Of a stretch of 64,000 nt of DNA, positions 63,308 to 64,000 are shown one piece after another. Position numbers and translations under genes: made by a program. Every line of letters begins with the position of its first letter. The first letter of the stretch is position 1. Under the pieces are notes generated by a model. The model did no database searches, had not been told where the DNA came from, and saw only the letters and a list, made by a program, of their open reading frames with translations. Origin of the DNA: Ylistrum balloti (lineage: Eukaryota); assembly GCF_031769215.1 (NCBI RefSeq), contig NW_026782535.1, positions 1-64,000 of the forward strand. Reading direction: 5' to 3'.

Positions 63308-63741
63308 CTTTCTAACTTTAAACATGTACTGAAATGATGCCATTTACTTGTGTGTCCTTCGTGAATCTTTGTAAACACTAAGTAGATTACACGAATGTAT
63401 AAGTGTTTTGTATCCCACGTTTGGACATGTTTATATTTTGACCTGTACTGTTGGCCTTCACTCCAAGCAAGTATCATTATCATTCCGCACACACACACCC
63501 ACACTTGTTTTCCCTGTACACATCTACACAAGTTGTTTACAAACATCACCATCGGATGACCTAGATATTACAGGTTATGCGCCAATGGTTTCTATACATC
63601 GACTGCTGGGGTACAACACACCGTGCTGGCGAAAACTCTACAACCTAAAAATCTGTGTTATAATATTTTCGAAAACAACATCATTTGTATATTGAAATAC
63701 TTATCCATATTCAGTGAACTGAATATTGTCTCTATTTCAAC

Positions 63742-64000
63742 ATGACAACGTACATGAAATTCACGTGCAGAATGAGAGTCCTAATTGGCACGTATTCCCG
63801 ACGTTATTTAACAAACGGGAATCTAAGGAAAAGAATCTCGTCTACGGTTTTAACCCCTACAAGACAGCTAGGTACCAGGAAGTTATTCTCCAGTACTACA
63901 GCCCAGTGTGTGATTTATACCAGTCCTCTTCCAGATTTAAACATCAAAGAAGAATCACTTCCGGAATATCTTTTACCAAAATTTGAGATTTTCGGAAACA
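63742..64000 (+). CDS. Exon 1 (runs off window) of a tandem paralog of the 4CL-like ligase
   Basis: An open frame from ATG 63742 reads [86 protein letters not shown]. It aligns with exon 1 of 40410 (MTT...AYSRRY...[26 protein letters not shown]). It is missing from the ORF track because no stop occurs before the edge. Confidence 0.88.
   Translation, partial: MTTYMKFTCRMRVLIGTYSRRYLTNGNLRKRISSTVLTPTRQLGTRKLFSSTTAQCVIYTSPLPDLNIKEESLPEYLLPKFEIFGN

Noticed and set aside
61832-63343. 488- and 503-aa ORFs
   Set aside because: Same artefact from a stop-free 51-bp minisatellite; open on both strands.
7557-64000. A functionally coordinated redox/lipid gene cluster (Prx5, RDH, acyl-CoA ligases)
   Set aside because: There is no shared regulatory evidence. 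Adjacent unrelated genes (SDE2, ADAM) argue for ordinary neighbourhood.

Overview
AT-rich animal genomic DNA with spliced genes, a 157-N assembly gap and abundant tandem repeats. The repeat types suggest a mollusc, probably a bivalve (inference). I reconstructed these genes exon by exon from GT-AG sites and reading-frame phase: a peroxiredoxin-5-like gene (minus, 6 exons), SDE2 (minus, 7 exons), an intronless 830-aa ADAM10-like metalloprotease (plus, head-to-head with SDE2), an RDH11/12/13/14-type short-chain dehydrogenase (plus, 6 exons) with a decayed tandem copy, and an 11-exon 4-coumarate-CoA-ligase/luciferase-like acyl-CoA synthetase plus exon 1 of a tandem paralog at the right edge. Mobile DNA includes a tRNA-containing TG...CA solo-LTR-like element, a 1.3-kb foldback element with an 8-bp TSD, MITEs, Helentron-type HINEs, a DIRS-like relic, a 5'-truncated LINE and a tRNA-derived SINE. 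There is no CRISPR array or prokaryotic system. The most notable observation is that the ADAM10-like protein has a cytoplasmic tail with a predicted coiled coil and a CUE-like (ubiquitin-binding) motif instead of the usual Pro-rich tail. Also notable are a Prx5 variant lacking the conserved active-site Pro, mitochondrial-type leaders on a normally peroxisomal enzyme family, and a minisatellite that copies a splice donor about 29 times.
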